A stretch of DNA of 64,000 bases from Eledone cirrhosa (GCA_964016885.1 OZ024742.1:310558001-310622000); one strand, 5' to 3'. Numbered from the stretch's first letter, positions 14,858 to 28,949 are shown. Numbers and translations are program-made. The notes: generated by a model from the sequence alone, not told the origin.

Positions 14858-15593
14858 TATGTATATATATGAAACTGAGGATGTCTGTGTGTGTGTGTGA
14901 GAGAGAGTTTCAATCCCTAAAACTCGAGAAGTACCCAACCGACTTTTTTCAAACTTTACATGTGTATTCAACTTTTTGATCGCCTAGGGCCCGCATTAGG
15001 TGAAAAACTGCGTTTTTTCAGCTTTTAGGGGGTTTTTGAGGCCCTACATCAGACCGATTTTCTCGAAACTGTAACTATGTATTAGTCAGTCTCTTCTTCA
15101 TACTGTGAGCAAAGAAAATCCAACTTTTTTTATTGAGTAGGGCCCGCATTAGGTGAAAACTTCATTTTTTCAGCTTTTTAGGGCTCTTTTGAGGCGTTAC
15201 GTCTTGCTGCTTTTCCGGAAATTTCAAGGCATATTATAAGAAAAAATATATATAAAAAAAAAAACCTCCAAAAAAGGATTTTTTAAAACAAAAAGAAAAC
15301 AAAAAAAATAACAACAAACTAAATGCTATCAGTGTGATGTGGTGATGTGATGCTTACCATGATAATTATGATGATGATGATGATGATGATGATGATAAAA
15401 AAAATTCATTTTCTTGATCCCCTGCATTTTTCCTGCTTCATCGTGGAAAATCTTAAAGATTATCCAGCCATCAGTATATTCGTTTTATTTTCTTTACATA
15501 TTGTCCAGGCGTACAGTTTTCCCACGATTACGTCTGTTGGCGGCCCGCGTTCCAAAATACCTTATCCCGTGCAACGCCGGGTACCACTGCTAG
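14858..15593 (+). mobile_element. non-autonomous Helitron
   Basis: 3' hairpin CCCGTGCAACGCCGGG followed by CTAG-T. The 5' end is TATATATATGAAA plus (TG)n, and there is an internal duplication (AGGGCCCGCATTAGGTGAAAA twice). Confidence 0.7.
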
Positions 15594-15600
15594 TAATATA

Positions 15601-15703
15601 TAAAGCCACTGGGAGTGAAGGACCCCTAGCCATTGTCAGAGCATTCTTCTAGGAGAAAGCAACTCAGGAAACTGGGATAACTCCGACATAAAACCTGCAG
15701 CTC
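15601..15703 (+). mobile_element. RTE 5'-UTR fragment
   Basis: CACTGGGAG..GACCCCTAGCCATTGTC..CTAGGAGAA is similar to the 5' part of the 35221-35825 element. Confidence 0.5.
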
Positions 15704-15704
15704 A

Positions 15705-15749
<45 letters not shown>

Positions 15750-15902
15750 CACAGACAAACCACAACAGAAACACAAACCCTCCATCTCAATTTTACATTT
15801 GAAAATCATAAAAACTATGAAACTGGTAAAGTAAATATATATTCTTAAAAGACTCCAGTTACATTTTCAATTTCCTTTCCCTATATATATATATATATGT
15901 AT

Positions 15903-16096
15903 AGGAAAAATTATGACCCCGACGGCAGAGCTCAAGCCGTTTCGACGGCTATTTCTAGACAGTCTAGAAATAGCCGTCGAAACGGCTTGAGCTCTGCCGT
16001 CGGGGTCATACTCTTTCCTATTACCCACTCTACTACTCTAAGTATTGAGTACCCTCGTGCGTTATGGTCCATCTGGTTCCTTACCTCAATTCCTTC

Positions 16097-16100
<4 letters not shown>
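15903..16100. mobile_element. short (TA)n-flanked fold-back element, family B (further copies at 20722-20880 and 39075-39241)
   Basis: Palindrome with arms of about 48 bp centred near 15961, plus a unique tail (CCTATTACCCACTCTACTAC..GTATTGAGTAC..GGTTCCTTACC) shared by all three copies. Confidence 0.8.
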
Positions 16101-16161
<61 letters not shown>

Positions 16162-16271
16162 ATAACTCAGACCATAAAGGGCCGTAACTCTTTGCTGCAA
16201 AGCATGGCGTCAGACCCTCTACCGATACTGCCAATAAATAATATAATATAATATAATATAATGTAATATAA

Positions 16272-16319
<48 letters not shown>

Positions 16320-16824
16320 CTAAACTATGTAAGTGTTTGACTCTAACCATTATTTTAAGTATTACCACCCCACATATTAATTCCTCAATTTGTATGTGTG
16401 GATGTGTGTGTGTGTCTGTGGAGGTGGGTGTGAGTGTACGTGCAAGCCAACCTACATAAGTAAATTTTCTACTCTAACCATAAATTTCAGTAGCACCACT
16501 CCACATACATTCCTCAATTTAAGAATGACCTGTAGTATCTATTTCATACTATTAACCTTAATTGAATATATATCTGACCAGGAATGCTTTTTGTAAAAAT
16601 CAGTCATATGGAACTATTGTCATCTTGCCTGACGGTTTGAACTTTACAACACCACCTGCCTCTTTGAGGTCAAATACCAACCCTACTAGCATCTACAAAC
16701 TGACCAATGAGAATTAAGACTATTCCTGCTGACAACATTAAATTATTCCTAACAAGCTCATATGACCCAAGGCTCTGATACCATCAACACTATAAACACA
16801 GAGCTGGCATATCTAAGAACTGAC

Positions 16825-16884
16825 TTACTGCCTGATGAGGTCATAGCCATTCAATGGCTATCATCGAAATATATATAGCAGTAA
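16825..16884 (+). ncRNA. minimal type I hammerhead ribozyme motif
   Basis: TTACTGC-CTGATGA-GGTCATAGCCAT-TCA-ATGGCTATCATC-GAAA-TATATA-TA-GCAGTAA. Stem I is a perfect 7 bp, stem II is long, and the predicted cleavage site is AUA. Confidence 0.88.
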
Positions 16885-16897
16885 ATAAAGGATTATG

Positions 16898-16942
<45 letters not shown>

Positions 16943-16944
<2 letters not shown>

Positions 16945-17396
16945 GGAAAGTTATATTTAAATTGTTGGGTTAACAACGAGTAAATATTTATAACTGATAT
17001 AAAAGCACTCAACAAGTATTTGGAGTATATTTATGATATTAAATAAATGGAAACTATATTTATAAAACCATATTTATTTCGTTATATATATTTCAGGGAT
17101 ATCATATTAACAATATGTTATGCCTTCTTCAGACAAAATACAATATAAACAGTCTTATAAATAAATAGATATGACATACCTTTCAATCACCTTGCATTTG
17201 GGAGGTTGATTTGCCAAATCAACCTCCCAAATGCAAGGTGATTGAAAGGTATGTCATATCTATTTATTCATAAGACTGTTTATATTGTATTTTGTCTGAA
17301 GAAGGCATAACATATTGTTAATATGATATCCCTGAAATATATATAACGAAATAAATATGGTTTTATAAATATAGTTTCCATTTATTTAATATCATA
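16943..17396. mobile_element. family A fold-back element; 365-bp palindrome 17032-17396 with a hammerhead in each arm
   Basis: Arms are 182 bp around a centre at 17214, with one visible mismatch. The element is flanked by (TA)n. Confidence 0.9.
17288..17353 (+). ncRNA. type I hammerhead ribozyme motif (mirror copy at 17075-17140 on -)
   Basis: TATTTTGT-CTGAAGA-AGGCATAACATATT-GTT-AATATGATATCCCT-GAAA-TATATA-TA-ACGAAATA. Confidence 0.85.
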
Positions 17397-17452
17397 TATA
17401 TATATATATATATTATTTTATATTACATTATATTATATTATATTATATTATT

Positions 17453-17637
17453 TATTGGCAGTATCGGTAGAGGGTCTGACGCCATGCTTTGCAGCAAAGA
17501 GTTACGGCCCTTTATGGTCTGAGTTCAAACCCGCCGAGGTTACCTTTGCCTTTCATCCTTACGGGGTCGATAAAATAAAGTACCAGTAATGTATTGGATA
17601 ATTTCTGGCCTTGTGCCAAAAGTAGAAACAATTATAT
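17453..17637 (+). mobile_element. tRNA-derived SINE
   Basis: Same consensus as 10013-10198. Confidence 0.85.
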
Positions 17638-17799
17638 TATATTATTTATGTTCATATACAGAACAAAAGCGCTACCCAAAGTTTCAAGGTCCAATTTTGA
17701 CCAGACCGCCAGAATAGAAGACGGATTAAACTTGACCTATCTTCAGGCGCTTACAGTATGCTAGTTTGGGTAGCGAGTTTATTCTATTTTTTCTAGGGC

Positions 17800-18022
17800 G
17801 GGTAAAATTCCCGAGATCCATGGACGAGTTCTCTCCAGCGGTCTCTGTCCCTCATTATCGCTGCCATGTCCTGCGTCTCCAACAGACCAGTGTCTGTCCT
17901 TAAGGCATCAACATACGTGCCAGAGCTTGAGATCGGTGTGGAAGTCGGACCTTCGTAAAGACCTGAACATCGCCCTCTTCATTGCTGTAGTGGAGTCTGT
18001 GGTGCTGTATGGGTCTGAGACT
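17800..18022 (+). mobile_element. RTE-type LINE RT remnant
   Basis: Translates to SVWKSDLRKDLNIALFIAVVESVVLYGSET. Confidence 0.7.
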
Positions 18023-18119
18023 TTATTCTATGTATGAACAAAAATAAATAATACATTACTGCCATCTACCCGATTAAGCATTGTTTACATTTTTTACCTT
18101 TTCACTCCGACAGATATAG

Positions 18120-18203
<84 letters not shown>

Positions 18204-18326
18204 GCGTGTGCGTGTGCGTGTGTGTGTGTACATATATATATGTACTATTTAAATATCGAACTATTTTACAAATACCAACCGAATAACTGTGGCCATGCTG
18301 TGGCACCTATATATATATATATATAC

Positions 18327-18388
<62 letters not shown>

Positions 18389-18845
18389 ATATGTGTGTCT
18401 GTATGTCTGTGCGTTTCTGTGTGTATGTGAAAAGCGCCTGGAATAAGGGTTAGGGTGTTCGGGTCTGGATCTTCTCTGTTAAATAATTAGTCTCATACAT
18501 ATTAATTTAACAAGCCCGGTCTTCTGTTGTTGAAAAGATGGTTCACTCGTGGTCAGTAGAAACGGAAAACCAACGCAACCGTAAAATTGACAAAAAATAT
18601 ACACAAAAGATTGTCAAAGACTACAAATGCCACGGTTTTCATTGAAGAGTATGCTTCTTCTATATACATTTAAACACAGATTCGAGCATGCGAATAGACA
18701 TGCATATCTATATACAGAAAACTGCATGATTGTAGACCCTCCTGAGTTCATGCGCCCATAACAGTTATTGTTTTTCATCTCACTGGGTGTCGAAAATCGC
18801 CCCGTTTAACAAGTAGGTTTATACATATAGCCACACATACAACTG

Positions 18846-18897
<52 letters not shown>

Positions 18898-19354
18898 TGG
18901 AGGAAACAATTGGAAGCAAATAAATGATTTAAACTGAACTTTGATTCATGTAATCTCTGTAAAACAACTGATGTTATTACATTGAGCTATTTATCTTACT
19001 GGTAATAAGATAGTAATGAATTACTGTCTTTCACTATTTAGAGTTTAAAATATATATAACTATAAAAGGTTTTATTATATACATAACCATAAATAGTATC
19101 CTTAATACTATATATATATATATATATATAAACATATATGGAACTATTGTCATCTTGCCTGACGGTTTGAACTTTACAACACCACCTGCCTCTTTGAGGC
19201 CAAATACCAACCCTACTAGCATCTACAAAATAACCAATGAGAATTAAGACTACACCTGCTGACAACAGTAAATTATTCCTAACAAGCTCATATGTCCCAA
19301 GGCTCTGATACCATCAACAGCATAAAAACAGAGCTGGCATATCTAAGAACTGAC

Positions 19355-19414
19355 TAACTGCCTGATGAGGTCATAGCCATTCAATGGCTATCATCGAAAT
19401 ATATATAGAAGTAA
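19355..19414 (+). ncRNA. hammerhead motif, second copy of 16825-16884 with a mutated stem I
   Basis: Lies within the roughly 300-bp direct repeat 19135-19432 vs 16605-16900. The core and stem II are identical to the first copy. Confidence 0.7.
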
Positions 19415-19457
19415 ATAAAGGATTATGAGTTCATGCAATTGACTTATGTTTCGTCAC

Positions 19458-19509
<52 letters not shown>

Positions 19510-19537
19510 CACATATGTATATATATATACACATATG

Positions 19538-19577
<40 letters not shown>

Positions 19578-19656
19578 TACACAGATATGTATATAGAGAC
19601 ACACACTTATTTAAAAAAAATTGTTTGAATTTTGCTTGTTCTGCTTATTTCAATAC

Positions 19657-19700
<44 letters not shown>

Positions 19701-19728
19701 GTATACATATGTATATATATATATATAC

Positions 19729-19793
<65 letters not shown>

Positions 19794-20595
19794 TATGTAT
19801 ATATATGTATATATAGAGACATATATATAAGCACACACACGCACACATATATATATATGCATATATATATATGTATGTATATATATATATATACATATGT
19901 ATATATATATGTATATATATATATACATATGTATATATATATGTATATATACAGACATATATAAAACAAACACACACACACACATATATATGATTTTATA
20001 TGTCTGTATATATGTGTGTGTGTATAGTTATGCATGCATATCTAGGTGCATGCATACTAGATTAGAGAATACATAAACATTCACATATTCCTTCCCATGA
20101 ATTCCATTATATATACAAGAGGTTTACTTAACTCTTTACGGACGTTGTATAAAATGTTTACTGCACTGCCATGTCTATTGTTTGTTTCGTGTCATTTGTC
20201 AGTACATAGATTTTTTTATTTCTATTCGTACTGTGTTTTTGGTTGTCTGTGCACACTATTCGATTTTCTTCTCACGTGTATTGTCTTCCAACTGGTTCCA
20301 TCCAGCAAAGTTTCACAATCTTTAACTAATCCCAGAAGGGTTGCTGAAGACGTCTTATTATGATGTCACTAAAACTCAACATATTTAACACTTTTCAATT
20401 TTACGCCATGATTAAAATAACTTATTATGATGGAGATTGTCATTATTTTTATTATTATTATTACTTTTACCACCACCACCACCACCACCACCACCACCAC
20501 CACCACCACCTATATGAACACCATTTCTCGCTCTCTTTCTTTCACACACAAACGTAACCTTACGCACACACACATACACGCAGATATATATATAT

Positions 20596-20642
<47 letters not shown>

Positions 20643-20897
20643 ATATGTGAATATATATATGTATATATATATATATATATGTGTGAATGTATGTATGAAT
20701 GTGAATATATATATATATATATAGGAAAATGTTTAACCCCGACGGCAGAGCTCAAGCCGTTTCTGCGGCTATTTCTGGACTTTAGTTAAACATTTTCCTA
20801 TTACCCACTCTACTACCCGAAGTATTGAGTACTCTGGTGCGTTATGGTGCTTCTGGTTCCTTACCACACCTCCTTCGTTATATATATATATATATAA

Positions 20898-20982
<85 letters not shown>

Positions 20983-21103
20983 TATATATACATATATATA
21001 TATATGTGTGTGTGTGTGTGTATATATATGTGTGTATATATATATGTATATATATGTATGTATATATATATATATATATATATATAAGTATATATATATA
21101 TGC

Positions 21104-21144
<41 letters not shown>

Positions 21145-21333
21145 CATATATATATAGATATAATATATATACATATACATACATATATATATATATATAA
21201 TATATATACATATATATATATACATATATAATATATATACATATATATATATACATATATAATATATATACATATATATATATACATATATAATATATAT
21301 ACATATATATATATACATATATAATATATATAC

Positions 21334-21370
<37 letters not shown>

Positions 21371-21394
21371 CATATATATACATACATACATACA

Positions 21395-21470
<76 letters not shown>

Positions 21471-21680
21471 TCTGTGTATCCGTATGATTGTCTTCTTGTT
21501 TTTCGTTTTAGTGTTCCTTTAGCGTAACTTTGCAATGATATCAAAACACCCACACTGAACAACATTGTGAGTCTGTTAAAAAGATTTACAAGATGAAGAA
21601 ACAGAGGTAAAATAAATACTATGTAAATGTTTATATATACATATATTTATACATACACGCACACAAATGTATAGACACAC

Positions 21681-21745
<65 letters not shown>

Positions 21746-21762
21746 TATATGTTTATAAAATC

Positions 21763-21804
<42 letters not shown>

Positions 21805-22049
21805 AATATATATATATTTATAAATATATATATGTATGTACGTATGTATGCATGTATGCATGTGTGTATAAAAGTCTGTGTGTATATATTTATGAGTGCA
21901 TATAAAATGTATATTTGTTTTGGAATTATAACGTAACAGTCTATAGATCAGTGATAATGGGGGACCTAAATACACAAACACAAGAAAACTAACAACAAGT
22001 TTCCTCCCAATTTTGCCCTTGCTAATCGCAGCTTAATAATAATAATAAT

Positions 22050-25000
22050 GATTTCATTTATTAGCCACAGGGTCTGACATGTAGGGGACAATACAAAGAC
22101 AGGGACAGTGGGGGTTCACAAAAAGGTCGAGTAAAAGTGAGCAATAGCAAGACTAATTTAACAATGAAAATATAAAAATATAAAATAAACTATGCATAAA
22201 TATAACAAAATAAATTCCTCGATAGAGGGTGGACGACCCTGGGGTGACTCGGGTACCCCACCAATCCTGAACCACCCTGCGCTTCTAGGGCACCCAGAGA
22301 GAGCACCCCTCTCCTCAAGTTAGCTAGCCTATAGGCGCATGGTCAGAGTAGGCCCATTCACACGAGCCATTCTCGCCACATTCATCCACCTTTTAGCAAA
22401 TGTACTGAGAGGCAGCACTTCTCTCTCCACCCTCACCTTCCTTTCCAGGTGAAACTTGAGGAAGTTGATGAGGGATTGGCCGAAGAGAAAAGTGTCTGTC
22501 TTCAGTCCTTTTAATCTGGTCCACCATATAACCTCTTTTGCAACTGCCACCAGACAGAGGAAAATTTCCTGCTCTTCCTGACCTAAGGAAGGCGGCGGGT
22601 CGATCTTAACTATGGACTCGGCTGATAGCCGGATTCTTTCCACACGCGACAGTAGCTGTTCGACATAACTCCACAAGTCAGTAATGCACAGACATTGGAC
22701 AAGTGCGTGCAGAACGGTTTCGTCGTTCTGTGCGCATCTTGGGCAGGTCCGTCTGACAGCACTTCCGTGCCTGTAGAGTTTATCCCGAATCGGCAGTGCC
22801 CCCAAGTAGCACTGCCACGGGTGGGATTTCTGGAAATTGTCCATCGTCCCCGGCTCGAAAGTCCTCCGGTACAGACTGGTCAGTTCGACTTCGTCGAGGC
22901 CCAAAATTTCTCAGAGTGCGTCATCGCACTTGCCCACCACTAATCCTCTATAGAACTCGAGAGTGGAAGTTCCACTGATCGCATTGCCCGCTTGGTAGAG
23001 GGCAGTGAGTGCCTGGCAACATTCCAGATGCCAGTCACCCAGTCTCGGTGTCTTCTTGACACAGGACTGCAGCTCAGTCAAAGAAATGAGCTGCGGAAAG
23101 GCCCGTCTGATAGACGGCGACCACACCTGTTCACCGTTTAGGCAGAATATCTGGAGGTGTCGCAGCCTCAACGCATGTCTGCCCATCATTAGCCACGGCA
23201 TGCCCAGCCCCCTGCGTAGAGGGTGCTCGCAGCAGATGGACCGCCTCACCAACGGAACTTGTCCCCTCCACAAGAATTTGAAGAGGAGCCGTTCCAACTT
23301 GACGAGGCTCGGACGGGGGCAAGGCACGACGGTCAGGCGGTAGTAGATGACGGACGCGATGTACGCATTCGCCACCTCCGCGCGACCTTTCAGTGATAGT
23401 ATCCCCCCAGCCCATTTTTGGGTGAGACTGGCTACCCTGCCCGTCACCTCGTCCCAATTCTTTTCCACCTGGAGGTCTGGTCCGAACCAAACCCCGAGCA
23501 ACTTTATAGATCCGTCCGTCCAGCGCCCCATGACGCTGTTGGACGGCATGGGCTTGCCTCTCCAGGTTCCGAGCTGCAAGCCCACCGACTTTTCCGGGTT
23601 AAGTTTGGCTCCTGTCAAACTTTCATATTCCTTCAATAAGGTGCCGACCACCTCGATTTCTGGGGTGTTCGATACCATCACGGTGATGTCGTCCGCATAA
23701 GCCGACACCGCCTTTCCACGTCCCGGTTCGAGCGGGATGCCATGCAACAGCTCCAGCTTCCGCAGTAAAGGCTCGAGAGTCAATACGTACAGAATGGAAG
23801 AGAGAGGGCACCCTTGACGGACCGATCGGGAGAGCCGAAATGGTTCCGAGAGATGGCCATTAAACTTGACTTCCGAGCGTGTGCCGCTGTGCATTGCAGC
23901 GATCCAGCTACTTAAGACAGGGCCGAAGCCAGCTGCTTTGAGGACAAACTCCAGATACCGATGGTCGACCCTATCGAATGCTTTCGATTGATCTAAATTG
24001 ATCAGTGCCCCACTGAAGCCAGGTTTACACCCTACACTCTCTATCAGGTATCGCATGAGGTGGAGATTGTCGTGTATGGACCTGGCTGGGATTGCGCAAG
24101 TTTGCGCCTCCCCAACCAAATCCTCGACGACAAGCGCCAATCTTTTGCTAACACCTGGGCCAAAATCTTAAACTCTGTGTTGAGCAGAGTTATGGGCCTG
24201 AAGTTGTCTAATGTATCCCTCTTGTTCTCGTCTTTCCTTATCAGCCTCACCACGCCCTTGCTCACAGAACTGGTAATACTCCCATTCTGCTGCCAGTTGC
24301 AGTAGAGTGCTTCGAGAGATCGGAGAACAAGTCTGGCATATTTAAGTAAAGCTCCTAGGGCAGGCCATCCAAACCGGGTGACTTGCACCTCATGCAGCCG
24401 ACAAGGGCATCCTGAATTTCGGCTGAAGTAATCGGCCTTTCGCAGCGCTCAGCGTCGACCGTCGAGATGCGCGGCAAGCCGTCAAGGTAGGGACTGAAGT
24501 CCGCTACTCTCTCTGACTCGCCATTCTCCCCGAACAACCGAGCAAAGTGCTGGCGAAAGGCCTCACACATCCGCTTGGAATCGCTTATCTCGTGTCCGTC
24601 CGGGTCCGCCAAAGACTGAATTGTGGTTTTATTACCACGCTGCGCCTCCGCCACGCGGGCCTATCGAACAGCTTTGGTTCCCTCGTTTCTCAGCGTACGC
24701 GCCTTAGCTCTGACAATGCAAACCTTCGTGTTTCGCATTGAAGAAATGGCCTAATGCCATTCTCGCCGCTCGTACGTCAGTTGCAATGCCACTACAAATA
24801 GCCTCGTCTAACTTATCTACCAGCTCCCCCTCCTTTCTATTTTTCTCTAACGCTAGTTCTTTGCTGAACTCTATCGAAGTTACTCTGTTCTCTCTTTTGA
24901 GAGCCCCCACCATCTGTTGTTGATGATCCCCCCTGTCAACTTTTGCTTAACTAAATTGTTGACTCGGTCCCTGTAAGCCTTACGTGCGGGAAATGACATG

Positions 25001-27115
25001 TTCAGCTTCCAGTAACCCGGTCCTAACCTACGCGTTTTATCTAAGTCGACCGTACAAATCACAAATTTGTGATCTGAATAGGCGACTGTTTTAAAAAGTG
25101 AGCAGCCCACACTATTTCTATCTATTTTCCTAATGAAGATCCTGTCTATATAAGATCTAGATGACCCCATTCCGTTGGTGCATATCCATACTGGCACATT
25201 GGGGAAATCTAGTCGATACCTGTCAGACAGTTGGAACTGGCTGAGTAGGTGCTTGGGGCTTTTGCACCCCCCGCTCCGATCGGCTACTCCCACATAATCC
25301 CAGCGTGCGTCTAAGATGCCATTCCAGTCCCCCGCTAACAGTAAAGGGCGAGACGTACCCAGAAAAGTCTCCAGGCGCCTAAAGAAGTCCGGTCGTCCGG
25401 CGCCTGTAGGGGCGTAGACGGCCACCATTCTAAAGGCACCACCTTCGCTACTGCTCACATCCAAGACCACCAACTTACCGTCCGGGTCCCGGAAGATCGA
25501 CCTTACCTCGAGATCCTGTCTTTCCTAAACAGCACTTCCACCCACCCCCCATTCCCGGCCTGCTAACCGATGCGAAGATCTGATAGTCGTCGAAAATGGG
25601 GGCTAGTGCGTGCGTGTCGGAAATTCTGGTCTCGCTGACGACAATCACATCCATTTCCAGCGACCTGAGGTCGCTGAGCAAGCGACTCTGCTTCCAGGGT
25701 GAACCCAGGCCGCGAACATTTAAACTTCTTACTCTTAATATGGCCATGTTGGCAAGCTAAATGAGAGAGGAAAGGTTTACTTACCTCCCGGGTTATTGTG
25801 AAGGTCGGGTGGTTCTACCTCCATGGTTGTTGGGGTTTCTTTCGGGAACCCCTTTAAAAGTCTCGATGTGGGTTTCACATTTGGGGTTCCCACGTCTTGA
25901 GGAAAGCTCTCTCGAATTTCTTTGAAGGAATCGAGTGACATACGGACCAGAAGCAAATCTTCTGGCACGCAAAATGTGCTCATTTCAAAAATCTCCCCTT
26001 CTGTTTGAATGTCCTCGCTTCGTGCTAAGAGGGCCATCAGTTTATCGTTGGCCCTTCTGACAAGCACGAAGTTTTTAACATTTTGTTGGTGTGGTTTTAT
26101 TTGTTTTCGTTTTGGTGACTGTGGTGGTGTTGTTTCGGGTATGTCTGTGTTTGTTGAAGGTGTGGTGTCTGCAATTTCAAGTATTTGTGTGTTTATTTGT
26201 ACTTGTGTTTGTTTAGGTTGTTTGCGTTTCGGGGATTGTGGGGGTAGTGTCGATGCTGCTGTTGGTACTGATGTTATTGGGGAATGTTTGCGTTAGTGGT
26301 GTTCTGTATTTTTTGTTGAGTATGTATTTGTGTTTTGTTGGGGATTTTTTTTGTGAGTTTTCTCTGTTTTTTTTGCACTTTTGGGTTTTCCTTCATCTTC
26401 GCTGCTGGATGACAAAGAGTCAGTGGCTGTGAGTGTCTCTGTGTCTGTGTGTGCGTTTATTGTTTTGTCTATGTGTATAATTGGGGGGTGGGTGGGAGAT
26501 ATTTCCTCGTTTTCCCCTTGGATTGGTTTCGGTGTTGGTGGTGGTCCGGCTCTTTTTGATGTTGGTGTCCGTATCTTTGTTGGTGTTGTTTTTGGTGGTG
26601 GTGCAGCTTTCCATGCTGACACTGGCGTTGGCAACAAAGGAGGTTTGCGACCCCCTGCATTTTTGCGCTGAGGGCAGAAGGCTTGAAGATGCGTTGCTTC
26701 CCCGCAGATGTGATGTCGTTTTCAGATGATACTGCTGCTAACACAGAAGGTTGTGATGGTAGCTTTTGAGTTTTGCCTTCACATTCAGTAGAGTGGACGA
26801 CAGGCATGTCTGTAGCCGTCGTAGTTGTGGTGAAATCTACAGAGGCTGCTTTTAAACCTGAACGTTGTTTACCGTTTCAAGGTCGAAAATTTCCTTTGGG
26901 GGGTCGATTTTTTTTTTTTCCGAAGTTTTTAAAAATAAATCTGAATATTCGGGCTTAAAGCCCGAATATTGAGAGGTATCACTCCCTTGAAACCAAGATG
27001 TGTACCTTATGTTTCGTTAACGACAAGAAAATACAAAAAATGATACTTTAAAACAGCTTAAAGTTACGAACCTTTTCCCCCGCAGACTTGTACTGTCTTC
27101 ACACATGTGCGTCCA
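22050..27115 (-). mobile_element. full-length, frameshifted L1/Tx1-like LINE
   Basis: APE domain (SLNVRGL, SET, VYAP, GDWN, SYIDRIF, SDH), RT (SPGLDGLP, FRPITLLN, LDQSKAFD, VRQGCPLS, YADD) and a CCHC-like C-terminus (CPRC..ETVLHAL..C). ORF1 region is about 25777-26870. It has an (ATT)n tail and a candidate TSD TTAATAATAA at 22033 and 27116. Confidence 0.92.
22329..25747 (-). pseudogene. LINE ORF2 (endonuclease-reverse transcriptase), split by frameshifts and a stop
   Basis: Colinear ORF pieces at 25475-25747, 24880-25473, 24704-24913, 24355-24654, 24044-24388, 22911-24140 and 22329-22904. Confidence 0.9.
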
Positions 27116-27268
27116 TTAATAATAACATGGGGATAATATCAACAACAACAAAATACAAAAAAATGATTACCACCTAGGCAAATAAAATAAAAAAATCCCT
27201 AAGATCTACAAACAAAATTTTTCAAATAATCATATATATATATATGATTATTTGAAAAATTCTGTTTG

Positions 27269-27333
<65 letters not shown>

Positions 27334-27517
27334 ATTGTGTGTGTGTGTGTAAGAGAGAGGGAGGTAGAGAGAGAGAGAGAAAGTGTGTGTGTGTGTGTAA
27401 GAGATAGGGAGGGAGAGTGAGAGAGATTCTGCGGTGCTGAGACCGGAGAGACCAGGAGTTATATGTGATATACATATTATATTATATTAGGTATAATATA
27501 ATATATTAGGTATATAT

Positions 27518-27712
27518 TGGCGGTGGATTGGAAGTATCGGTAGAGAATCAAACACCATGCTTTGCAGCATAGAGTTACGGCTTTTTACGGTCTGAGTTCA
27601 AATCCTGCCGTGGTTAACTTTGCCTTTCATCCTTACTAGGTCGATAAAATAAATCACTAGTAATGCACTGGGGTAATTGCTGGCCTTACGCCCAAAGTAG
27701 GAACAATTATAT
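27518..27712 (+). mobile_element. tRNA-derived SINE
   Basis: Same consensus as 10013-10198. Confidence 0.85.
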
Positions 27713-28949
27713 TAGGTATACATCAATGCTGAATCATTAATGGGGCAGATACCAGTCGAAATATGTGAGGCAGTGACAAAGCACTCAATGGTGCGAAACG
27801 TTATTGAATTTCTTGACCAGAGTTAACGCATGAAATTATATAAGGGTGATATCTTCAATATATCAACTAGGTGTATATAGCCATTGTATATGACCACAAC
27901 AACGACAAATACCAACGTGTAAAAGACGCACCTGAACCGATTAGGTTTCTAGAATTCCGTAACTCGTGCATTACGAGATGCAATATGCATGTTAGTCGTA
28001 AGAGCATATAGAAATTGTTATGCTCTGTCATCAGCAGGTATTCGGACGGTATACATATTATATATTTGTTTGTGAGTGTGTGTATATATATATGTATAGA
28101 TATATATATATATATTCTTATTATTCGTATTCTTATTCTTATTCTAATTCTTATTATCATCGTCATCATTGTCATCGTCATCATTATTTGTCAATTCCGT
28201 ATGTATAGACTTATATTCAACCTGTGTGACTACAATCAAAAATTGATTCTGTATTCAATACAGCTTGATGAGAAATATAGCTCACGAAACAAAAGGTTCT
28301 GGACCGAAATACATGCACACTTATTACATTTGCAGCTCTCTGGGGTCAATTCTTCCCCTCTAATCCTGCACTCTATAAGTTTATGAATATTGTAAAATCA
28401 ATAATTTGATAAGATAAAGTATGGTGTACGCTGCAAAGTACGTAACTTATTACAAAAATGTTTTTTACTAGAAGGTTAATTCTATGTTGAATACTTTAAG
28501 TTAATTTTTCCTCCTTGGAGATTTTCATATTCTTGAGTATAGGGGAGACCTTTCCGCCCAGTCTCTGTCACAGCGCCTGACACAAACCAAACGCGTGCCC
28601 AGTGTAGTAAGAGAGGAGAACAAAACATTAATTTATAGCAATTAAGCTACAAGTACACATCAAATTTTATGTGATGTTAGGACAAAAGGATGGTGCCTCT
28701 TATAGCACGAGAGTCATGAATGAAACAAAAGAAACTGGAAGAAAAAATAAAGGAAGAAAAAAGTAAGAAGACGAAAGTTAAAAAAATGTAAGACATGGCA
28801 ATAAATGGGTGGGGTAGAAGCGATAACATACGTCACATTAGTATTGATAAACGTAAGAAAATTAATAGAGGACGGAAACAAGGCGAAATGAAAAACAACT
28901 CTTGGAGGTAAATTCGTAAACAATTATAGTAAGAGCGAAAAAACGTAAG

